From Longimicrobiales bacterium (GTDB taxonomy: Bacteria > Gemmatimonadota > Gemmatimonadetes > Longimicrobiales > Gaopeijiaceae), in contig CBDDCX010000005.1 of assembly GCA_965226375.1 (NCBI GenBank), positions 224,001 to 288,000 on the forward strand: a DNA stretch of 64,000 bases, written 5' to 3'. Within the stretch, counting starts at the first letter, position 1, and every line of letters begins with the position of its first letter. A program made the translations under genes and the position numbers. Below are positions 56,451-64,000 of the stretch, in pieces. The notes beneath the pieces were generated by a model, which was given only the letters and a program-made list of their open reading frames with translations, was not told the origin of the DNA and did not search any database.

Positions 56451-57896
56451 ATGACGGACATGCTCGATTCGACACGGTTGTGGAATGTGGTGGGTGGCGC
56501 GGCGCTCTTCCTGGGCTTGGGGCTCTCCGCCCCGCCGGCTCAAGCCCAACTCGAAATCTCCGAGCAGGATCGAGCGCTCGCTCGCGAGATCTATTCCGAC
56601 CTGATCTCGATTCCCTCCGTGTCCGATACGCATGAGACGGTCCTCGCCGCCGAGATGCTCGCCACGCGTCTGGTCGAGGGCGGGATTGCCGAGGAGGATC
56701 TCCGCGTGACCGGCCCGAACCCGGATCTGGGCAACCTGGTGATTTGGTATCGGGGTCGCTCGAACAGCCTCAGGCCCATGCTTCTGATGGCCCACCTCGA
56801 TGTCGTTCCCGCCGTGGCGGATGATTGGGGGGTGGACCCTTTCACCCTTCGCGAAGACGGTGGCTTTTTCTATGGTCGGGGCACGTCGGACAACAAAGCC
56901 GGCGCCGCCATGCTGGTGGCCAACTTGATCCGGTACAAACAGGAAGGCTTTGTGCCGGAGCGAGACATCATCGTGGTCATCACGGCCGACGAGGAGACGT
57001 CCAGCGCGAGCATCCGTTGGCTCCTCGCGACCTATCCCGACGCGGCCAACGCCGAGTTCGCGCTCAACACGGATTCGGGCGGGGGTGAGCTCCGAGACGG
57101 TGAACACGCCGTGTTCGGGCTCCAGGCCAGCGAGAAGATGTACACGACGTTCCACGTGACCACGTCGAATCCCGGGGGCCACAGCTCGCGGCCCAGGCCG
57201 GACAACGCGATCTACGACCTGGTTCACGCCTTGGCGAGGATCGAACAGCATGTGTTTCCCGTGCAGCTCGACGAGGTCACCCGCACGTACTTCCAACGGA
57301 CCGCCGAGACCAAGGACGGCCAAGAAGCGGCGGATCTGCGGGCCGTCGCCCAGGATCCGCCCGACCTGGAGGCCGCCGCGAGGCTTTCCGAAGCCTCCGA
57401 CGGCAATAACGCACTCCTGCGGACCACGTGCGTGCCAACCCGGCTGGAGTCTGGCCACGCCGACAACGCCCTGCCCCGGAGCGCCACCGCCACGGTCAAT
57501 TGTCGGATCTTCCCCGGCGTCCCGGCGGAAGAGGTGCGCGCCAAGCTCGTGGAATTGATCGACGACGAAACGGTGCAGATCACGCTCATCAACCAGCCGA
57601 GGCGGAGCCCCGCATCGGCATTGCGACCCGACCTGATGAGGCCTCTGCGTGAACTGGTTGACGAAATGTTCGGTCCTATACCCATCATCCCGAGCATGTC
57701 CACGGGCGCTACCGACGGGAACTACGTGCGCAATGCAGGGATCCCGACGTACGGGCTCTCTGCGATCTTCGGGGTGCCCGGGGAGGGACGGGCTCACGGA
57801 CTCGACGAGAGGGTTCGAGTGGAGTCGTTCTACGAGGCGCTGGAGTTCTGGTACCAGATGGTCAAGCGGCTCTCGACTCCTCAGGTGATTCCGTAG
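56451..57896 (+). CDS. Secreted M20/M25/M40 metallopeptidase
   Basis: AHLDVV, GRGTSDNK, ADEE, GGHSS, AHGLDER. Confidence 0.92.
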   Translation: MTDMLDSTRLWNVVGGAALFLGLGLSAPPAQAQLEISEQDRALAREIYSDLISIPSVSDTHETVLAAEMLATRLVEGGIAEEDLRVTGPNPDLGNLVIWYRGRSNSLRPMLLMAHLDVVPAVADDWGVDPFTLREDGGFFYGRGTSDNKAGAAMLVANLIRYKQEGFVPERDIIVVITADEETSSASIRWLLATYPDAANAEFALNTDSGGGELRDGEHAVFGLQASEKMYTTFHVTTSNPGGHSSRPRPDNAIYDLVHALARIEQHVFPVQLDEVTRTYFQRTAETKDGQEAADLRAVAQDPPDLEAAARLSEASDGNNALLRTTCVPTRLESGHADNALPRSATATVNCRIFPGVPAEEVRAKLVELIDDETVQITLINQPRRSPASALRPDLMRPLRELVDEMFGPIPIIPSMSTGATDGNYVRNAGIPTYGLSAIFGVPGEGRAHGLDERVRVESFYEALEFWYQMVKRLSTPQVIP

Positions 57897-57912
57897 TCTC
57901 GGAGGCTCAACA

Positions 57913-58857
57913 TCATCTGCCGTGGGGCGAGACCTCGTTCAGTTCATCGATCCCGCTCCAGAACGTCCTCAGAGCCAGTGCGGTCTCACGGGGTTTTTCT
58001 ACAGGGGGAACGTGATTGCAGCCTTGTAGTAGAGTCACGCTGGCCCCGGTGTGCTGTTCAAGAACCTCTGTCTGACTGACGTGTGTCATCCGATCATCCA
58101 CGCACCACACGGCCTGAAGTGGATGAGAGATCTCCCCGAGACGACCGTCCAAGCTGAAGCGATGCGCCTCGTAGTTCTCCTTGATCGCTTGTACATGGTG
58201 GTTCGCGGATATGCGCTCATTTCTCAGATGACGCATGACCGGTCCAGGCATTTCGGGGGGTGCTTTCATGATCCAATCCCAGGAGCTGTCGAACTCCTCG
58301 CCGTTCGTGACTTCGAACGGATTCTGCCCTTGGGCCATGGCGCGATCGACCTCGCTCTCTTCAAGGCCGTGCCACCCCGTTGCGTCAATGAAGGTCAGAG
58401 ATCGAACCAGGCCCCCATCCTGCAACGTCAGTGTTCCGGCAACGTGCCCCCCCATCGATTCACCGACGACGTGGAACGGCCCACCATCATGCTCACGCAA
58501 CACATCGGCAACGACGTGCGCCATCGCTTCCGCGGTATATGTGAACGTCTCAGGACCCGTCGTGGCCCCGTGGCCGGGGAGATCTGGAACGATCAAGCCT
58601 CTTTTGTCGCCGAGCTCGGCGATCAGGCCGAAAAACATTGTCTTGTCGGCCGTGAACCCATGGAGCAGCACCACAGGTGAGATTCCCTCGCGAAAGAAAT
58701 AGCTGACTCGGTGATCTCCGGAGAGGACTGATCGTTCCTCCAGCGAGAGGTCTTCCATCGCCTGCGCATTAGATCTGGCGAGCATCGATTCGCCCAGCCG
58801 GGCACAACCGGTCATGAGCGTGGCAACGATGATAAGCATGACCTTATCGCGAAACAT
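57913..58857 (-). CDS. Alpha/beta hydrolase lipoprotein (lipase/esterase-like)
   Basis: MTGC lipobox-like, LLHGF, DLPGHG, GESMGG, NHVPPVE. Confidence 0.88.
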   Translation of the reverse strand: MFRDKVMLIIVATLMTGCARLGESMLARSNAQAMEDLSLEERSVLSGDHRVSYFFREGISPVVLLHGFTADKTMFFGLIAELGDKRGLIVPDLPGHGATTGPETFTYTAEAMAHVVADVLREHDGGPFHVVGESMGGHVAGTLTLQDGGLVRSLTFIDATGWHGLEESEVDRAMAQGQNPFEVTNGEEFDSSWDWIMKAPPEMPGPVMRHLRNERISANHHVQAIKENYEAHRFSLDGRLGEISHPLQAVWCVDDRMTHVSQTEVLEQHTGASVTLLQGCNHVPPVEKPRETALALRTFWSGIDELNEVSPHGR

Positions 58858-59059
58858 CACGTTCTCCAGCGTAAGTACCGGACTCACAGATCCCGCCAAC
58901 CAGCAACTGTGAGGGTCCGTGCCCTGCGCCGCTAGTCATACAGCTCGCATAACGCACGGAACCCGGGATGGTCCCGCATCCTCAGACCCCTGCCCCCAAT
59001 GGAGGCTTCGTCCGGCGAGGGACTATACGAGGTCGGCCTCCGGCGAGAGGAACGTCGCG

Positions 59060-59806
59060 TCAGGTCAAGCTGCGCCCACCGTCCACCGAGATGATCTGAC
59101 CCGTGATGTATGGGGCCCGGTCGGCCAGAAACAGCAGAGTCTCCGCGATGTCCCCGGGCTCTCCCTTACGCCGGAGCGGTACCCTCTGCAGTTGCCGCTC
59201 CCTCCGCTCGCCGTCCTCCTCCTCATCGCTCTGAGGCCAAAGGATCGCGCCGGGCGCGATTCCGTTCACCCGGACCGCCGGAGCCAACTCCCGGGCCAGG
59301 GACCGCGTCAGCATGGCCAGCCCGGCCTTGGCCGTGCTGTGTACGGCATGCTCAGCCAGCGGCCTCTCGCCGTGAATGTCGATCATGTTGACGATGCTCC
59401 CCCGGTGTTGCCCGAGGGTGTCTGCCAGCGCCTGGCACAGGAAGAATGGCCCTTTGAGGTTGCTGTCGATCAGCGTGGCCCAGTCTTCCTCGGTGACGCT
59501 CCCGATGGGCGTGGGAAAGAAGCTCGACGCGTTGTTGACCAGCAGGTCCAGGCGGCCGAATAGGGCGACAACGTCACGGGCCAGCGCTTCCGCGTCGCTG
59601 CGCTCCCCGAGCATCGCCCGGAAACAGGTGACCGATCCATCTCGGACACTGTTGAGTTCTTGGGCGAGATCTTCGGCGGCGGCGCCGGAGCTGCGGTAGT
59701 GCACGGCCACGTCGTAGCCGGCCCCGTGGAGAGCTCGGCACAGCTCCGCCCCTATGCGCTGGGCCCCCCCGGTCACCAGCGCCACTTTCGAGTCTGTGTT
59801 CTGCAT
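59060..59806 (-). CDS. Pteridine reductase (FolM/PTR1-like SDR), with catalytic Tyr replaced by His
   Basis: TGGAQRIG, HYRSS, NNASSF, DIH, VNGIAPG; HSTAK instead of YxxxK. Confidence 0.88.
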   Translation of the reverse strand: MQNTDSKVALVTGGAQRIGAELCRALHGAGYDVAVHYRSSGAAAEDLAQELNSVRDGSVTCFRAMLGERSDAEALARDVVALFGRLDLLVNNASSFFPTPIGSVTEEDWATLIDSNLKGPFFLCQALADTLGQHRGSIVNMIDIHGERPLAEHAVHSTAKAGLAMLTRSLARELAPAVRVNGIAPGAILWPQSDEEEDGERRERQLQRVPLRRKGEPGDIAETLLFLADRAPYITGQIISVDGGRSLT

Positions 59807-59920
59807 AGTGTAGGTTCGCCTTCCACCTCACAGACACGCAACACCGGCACCGCGGTGTGAACGCTCGAACCAAAACCTGGGACCAGGGTAGCTGATCCGC
59901 TAAGTTGCCTGCCGAGTACG

Positions 59921-59959
59921 ACTTGAATCTGTGTCACTTGAATCTATGCCACTTGAATC
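59921..59959 (+). repeat. Three ACTTGAATC direct repeats, 15-bp period
   Basis: Copies start at 59921, 59936 and 59951. Confidence 0.85.
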
Positions 59960-59989
59960 GCGCACGACCGAATTGCCAATGAGGAGTCC

Positions 59990-60406
59990 ATGCCCCGGGT
60001 GAGAGTCACGACGGAGCTAGAGTTCAGCGCCGCACACCGGTTGTTCAATCCCGATTGGACGGAGGAGCGCAACCAAGAGGTGTTCGGTGTGTGCGCCAAT
60101 CCCAACTGGCACGGCCACAACTACGAGCTCCACGTGACCGTGGAAGGCCCTCTCGATCCGGAGACGGGATTCGTCATCGACTTCAGGGACCTGAAATCAC
60201 TCGTGGATTCACGCGTGATCCGGGATCTCGATCACAAGAACCTGGACCTCGACGTGCCCTGGATGAAGGGGCTCATCTCCTCCGCCGAGCACCTGGTCGT
60301 CGCCATCTGGAATCGTCTCGCCGACGGCCTGCCACAGGGAGTGGAACTGAACAAGCTCATACTCTGGGAGACCCCCCGCAGCTACGTGGAATACACCGGT
60401 GAGTAG
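59990..60406 (+). CDS. 6-pyruvoyl-tetrahydropterin synthase / QueD-family protein
   Basis: [29 protein letters not shown]. Confidence 0.92.
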   Translation: MPRVRVTTELEFSAAHRLFNPDWTEERNQEVFGVCANPNWHGHNYELHVTVEGPLDPETGFVIDFRDLKSLVDSRVIRDLDHKNLDLDVPWMKGLISSAEHLVVAIWNRLADGLPQGVELNKLILWETPRSYVEYTGE

Positions 60407-60986
60407 TGACCTGTCGGGAGCCTCGTTCGAGGATCTGGTGGCCGAGATGATCCGTCGGCTGGGCGAAGACACCGACCGCGAGGGGCTGAAGAAAACTCCC
60501 GAGAGGGTGGCCAAGTCGATGACCTTCCTGACCCAGGGGTACCAGATGTCCCCCGAGGGAGTGATCAACGGCGCCCTCTTTGAGGAATCTCATCGGAACA
60601 TGGTGATGGTGAAGGACATCGAGATGTACTCGCTCTGCGAGCATCACCTCTTGCCCTTCTTCGGTAAGGTGCACGTCGCCTACATCCCCAATGGCAAGAT
60701 CGTGGGGCTGTCCAAAACGGCTCGCCTGGTCGAGGTCTTCGCTCGTCGCCTGCAGGTGCAGGAGCGTCTGACGGAGCAGATCGTCCAGGCGTTGTGGGAC
60801 CTGGTCGAGCCCGAAGGGGCAGGGGTAGTGGTAGAGGCGTACCACCTGTGCATGATGATGCGGGGCGTCCAGAAGCAGAACTCGATGACGATCACCTCGG
60901 CCATGCGCGGCACCTTCCTCGGGGATGAGAAGACCCGTGCGGAGTTCCTCCGCCTCTGCATGGCCAACCACAGCCCGCTGTCTTAG
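60399..60986 (+). CDS. folE: GTP cyclohydrolase I
   Basis: [36 protein letters not shown]. Confidence 0.97.
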   Translation: MSSDLSGASFEDLVAEMIRRLGEDTDREGLKKTPERVAKSMTFLTQGYQMSPEGVINGALFEESHRNMVMVKDIEMYSLCEHHLLPFFGKVHVAYIPNGKIVGLSKTARLVEVFARRLQVQERLTEQIVQALWDLVEPEGAGVVVEAYHLCMMMRGVQKQNSMTITSAMRGTFLGDEKTRAEFLRLCMANHSPLS

Positions 60987-61014
60987 CTGACCTGTAAGAG
61001 GCCCGGCCTGGCCC

Positions 61015-61638
61015 ATGCATCTGCTCTTGACCGACCGGCTCACGTGTCCCCGCTGTGGACCCGAGTTCGGATTGATCCTCCTCGCGGATCGACTCGAGGA
61101 TCGGCGCGTTCTGGAGGGAGCACTCGGCTGTCCCAACTGCCGGGATCGTTATCCGGTTCGAGACGGATTCGGTGACCTGAGGCCTCCACCCCGGCCCGAT
61201 CTGGCCGACGGCGAGCCTCTCGCCCCGCCCGTCTCTCCGACCCTGATGGAGGTCGCCGGCTTGCTGGGCATCACCGACGGTGCCGGTCATGTGGTCCTGT
61301 TGGGACATATGGGGGGGCACGCGGATGTCCTTGCCGAGATGCTGCAATCGATAGAGGTCGTGGGCATCTCCCCCGGGCTCCGGAGTTGGGATGAAGCGGA
61401 GGGAGTCAGTCGCTTGACCGCCGGCTCCCACCTGCCGTTCCGCGATCAGACCCTTCGCGGCGTGGCTCTGTTCGGAGGCGAGGGCACGTTCGAGCCGGGC
61501 GAGGTGGCGCGCGTGGTGGCTCGCCTGGGTCGTGTGGTCGTGTGGGGTGGTGTCGAGGGTTGGGATGCCGCTCTGGAGCAGGCCGGACTGACGGTTCTGG
61601 TTTCAGAGAAGGCAGCGGTGGTGGCGGCCCGACAATAG
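61015..61638 (+). CDS. Trm112-like Zn-ribbon protein with degenerate methyltransferase-like C-terminus
   Basis: LTCPRC...EGALGCPNCRDRYPVRDG; HLPFRDQTL. Confidence 0.7.
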   Translation: MHLLLTDRLTCPRCGPEFGLILLADRLEDRRVLEGALGCPNCRDRYPVRDGFGDLRPPPRPDLADGEPLAPPVSPTLMEVAGLLGITDGAGHVVLLGHMGGHADVLAEMLQSIEVVGISPGLRSWDEAEGVSRLTAGSHLPFRDQTLRGVALFGGEGTFEPGEVARVVARLGRVVVWGGVEGWDAALEQAGLTVLVSEKAAVVAARQ

Positions 61639-61755
61639 GCCCGTCGTTGCGTGGCATTTCGGGCTTCTCTACTTTCGTTCCGAACCGAATCTGGCGTTCG
61701 CAGGGCGATCCGTTCGCCCACAACGCCGCACCATTTCTCGCGGCCGAGTTCCTCC

Positions 61756-62223
61756 ATGGCATGGTGGAAAAAAGTTTTCGGCACATCCGGGGACTCCGGG
61801 CGCGTCGCCTACTACGATGAGGGCCTCGCCTTGATGGCGGAGGGCAAGTTCCATGAAGCCCTCACGTCGTTCCGTCTGGCGCTCAAGGAGTCACCGGGCG
61901 ACTCGGTTGTGCTTCAGCAGATCGCCATCTCCTACACCCGCATCGGCATGACGGAAGAGGCAGCCAAGACGTATCGACACGTGCTCCAGAAGAACCCCGA
62001 CGCCCCCGGCGCCCACTACGGCCTGGCCTTCCTCCTCGCGAGGGCCGGCCAGGAGCCGGACGCCATCCCGCATCTGCGAGCCTTCTTGGAGAACGCACCG
62101 GCTGGGCAGGACGCCGGCGAGCATGTGTCCCATGCCCGCGAAACCCTCACCCGACTCACTGGAGAGGGTGGATCTCCCCCCGCTGCAGAGGGTCCCCAAT
62201 CCACACAGGATGAGTTCTTCTAA
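61756..62223 (+). CDS. TPR protein
   Basis: Repeated TPR helices (YDEGLAL...EALTSF; AHYGLAFLL). Confidence 0.85.
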   Translation: MAWWKKVFGTSGDSGRVAYYDEGLALMAEGKFHEALTSFRLALKESPGDSVVLQQIAISYTRIGMTEEAAKTYRHVLQKNPDAPGAHYGLAFLLARAGQEPDAIPHLRAFLENAPAGQDAGEHVSHARETLTRLTGEGGSPPAAEGPQSTQDEFF

Positions 62224-62623
62224 ACAGGCGACCCTCCGTTGGACGGGGCAAGGCGACGTCTTCAAGGGTCGCTCTGGATCCGGACCCGAGGTGACCATCG
62301 ACGGGGACGGCCAGGCCGGTCCCTCTTCAACGGAGTCCCTGCTCATGGGACTCATGGGCTGTATGGCCATCGACGTCTTGATGATCCTGGAGAAGGGGCG
62401 TGTCGAAGTGGGTTCCCTCGAGGTTCTCGCCGACGCCGACAGAAACCCGGAGCCACCTCGCTTTTTCACGCGAATCCGCCTGACCTTCGTGCTGGGCGGC
62501 GTGGCGGCCGAGGCACGGTCCAAGGTGGATCGTGCCATCGAGCTTTCGTCCGACAAGTACTGCAGCGTTCTCCACTCGCTCCGACAGGATCTCGAGTTCG
62601 AGACCGTGGTCGAGGGCGTCTGA
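62210..62623 (+). CDS. OsmC-family protein (YhfA-like, Cys form)
   Basis: LMGCMAIDV and DKYCSV. Confidence 0.9.
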   Translation: MSSSKQATLRWTGQGDVFKGRSGSGPEVTIDGDGQAGPSSTESLLMGLMGCMAIDVLMILEKGRVEVGSLEVLADADRNPEPPRFFTRIRLTFVLGGVAAEARSKVDRAIELSSDKYCSVLHSLRQDLEFETVVEGV

Positions 62624-62672
62624 GAACCGTCGGCTTCGATCCCGCGACCCGAGAAGGCCACAGGAGCATCGG

Positions 62673-64000
62673 ATGGGCTCTCTAGACTTCGTGTCCAATC
62701 CCGCCGACCTCCCGCCGGGGACCCTTAGCCAACTCTTCTTGTCGGCGGTAGATGAACGCCGCGACGAGACAGCGTTTCGGTACTTTCCCGGAGAGGGCGA
62801 CCACCTGGAGGATATGAGCTACGGGGCGGTCTACGACCTGGTGCGGGTCGTATCCGGTGGGCTCCGGGCTATGGGACTGGAGGCGGGGGACCGGGCGGCG
62901 ATCCTTTCGGAGACCCGATTCGAGTGGTCCATCTGCGACTACGCCTGTATCTGCAGTGGTGTTCTGGACGTCCCAATCTATAGCACTCTGACGGTCCCTC
63001 AGGTGGCGTATATCCTGGAGAATGCGGGTGTGTCGCTGATTTTCGTGTCGACGCAAGACCAGGCCCGAAAGGCCAGTGCCGCGGGCCGAAAGATTGGCCG
63101 GGACATCAAGATCGTGGTTTTCGACGGCGGTGATTCACTCCCCGACGGTGTTGAGGTCTGGGAAGATTTTCTGGCAAAGGGTCGCGAGGTCGCTGCCGAA
63201 ATAGACGACGAGAGTTTCCGCGCGACTGCACTGGAGACCGAGCCCGACGACCTGGCCACCCTGCTCTACACGTCGGGCACGACCGGCCAGCCCAAAGGGG
63301 TTATGCTCACCCACAACAATCTGTGGAGCAACGTCCTTGCGTCGTCGCGAGTGCTCCCGCGTCAGGAGGGTGACACCGCGCTGGTCTTCTTGCCCCTCTC
63401 CCATGTTCTCCAGCGCATGGCCAGCTATCTCTTTTTCTCGCGGGGAGACTCTGCCGCGTACGCCCACTCCATGAACACGGTGGCGGCCGACATGAAGGTG
63501 GTTCGTCCCTCCATCGTCGCCTCCGTCCCCCGGTTGTACGAAAAGGTCTATAACGCCGTGATGGAGGCTGAGGGTCTGAAGAAGAAGCTGGTGCAGTGGG
63601 CCAGGGAAGTGGGCGAGGCCTGGGCCGACGAAAAGCTCGCGGGGCGTGAGCCCAGCGGCGTCCTCAAGGTGGTATACCGACTCGCCGATGCTCTCGTCTT
63701 CAAGAAGATTCGCGCGGCCATGGGCGGCCGAATCCGTTACTTCCTGAGCGGGGGGGCCCCCCTTGCCCCCGATATCAATCGCTTTTTCTTCGCGGCCGGA
63801 ATCTGGATCTTGGAGGGCTACGGGCTCACCGAGACGAGTCCGGTCACCAACGTAAACTCTTTCGACGGTTTCCGAATCGGGACGGTCGGCAAGCCCGTAC
63901 CCGGAACGGAGATCCGTATCGCCGAGAACGGCGAGATCCTCATTCGGGGCCCACAGGTGATGAAGGGCTACTACAATCTTCCGGAAGCCACCGCCGAGGC
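62673..64000 (+). CDS. fadD: Long-chain fatty acid-CoA ligase (runs off the window edge)
   Basis: Hand translation from ATG 62673 after AGGAG: LYTSGTTGQPKGVMLTH, SGGAPL, EGYGLTETSPV. Confidence 0.9.
   Translation, partial: MGSLDFVSNPADLPPGTLSQLFLSAVDERRDETAFRYFPGEGDHLEDMSYGAVYDLVRVVSGGLRAMGLEAGDRAAILSETRFEWSICDYACICSGVLDVPIYSTLTVPQVAYILENAGVSLIFVSTQDQARKASAAGRKIGRDIKIVVFDGGDSLPDGVEVWEDFLAKGREVAAEIDDESFRATALETEPDDLATLLYTSGTTGQPKGVMLTHNNLWSNVLASSRVLPRQEGDTALVFLPLSHVLQRMASYLFFSRGDSAAYAHSMNTVAADMKVVRPSIVASVPRLYEKVYNAVMEAEGLKKKLVQWAREVGEAWADEKLAGREPSGVLKVVYRLADALVFKKIRAAMGGRIRYFLSGGAPLAPDINRFFFAAGIWILEGYGLTETSPVTNVNSFDGFRIGTVGKPVPGTEIRIAENGEILIRGPQVMKGYYNLPEATAE

Noticed and set aside
59810..59920. 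Folate or preQ1 riboswitch upstream of PTPS-folE
   Set aside because: No recognisable THF or preQ1 consensus by eye; needs cmscan
59921..59959. Possible mini-CRISPR
   Set aside because: 9-bp repeats with 6-bp spacers are far too short, and there are no cas genes

Overview
GC-rich bacterial chromosomal segment, most likely Gemmatimonadota (inferred from the PadR/ADOP permease pair, the many secreted peptidases and the Omp85-propeller protein). It is mostly housekeeping and cell-envelope genes: thyX, ada, rho, mlaEFD, trxB, ferredoxin-NADP reductase, fumC, folB/folK/folE, a PTPS, a pteridine reductase and an acyl-CoA synthetase. Features hidden from the ORF track: an OsmC-family selenoprotein candidate (in-frame TGA plus a SECIS-like hairpin), a probable 6S RNA, and two edge-truncated genes (class III nucleotidyl cyclase, fadD). 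Mobile DNA is dense. It includes a tandem IS1595-family dimer whose ends carry NrdR-box-like palindromes, a three-layer nest (MITE containing an IS481, which contains an IS3-like element), and a family of CTAG-targeting MITEs and scars that often sit on TAG stop codons. There is also a vapBC cassette flanked by direct repeats and several decayed genes. No rRNA, tRNA or CRISPR array was seen. All calls were made by reading the sequence; no database search was run.
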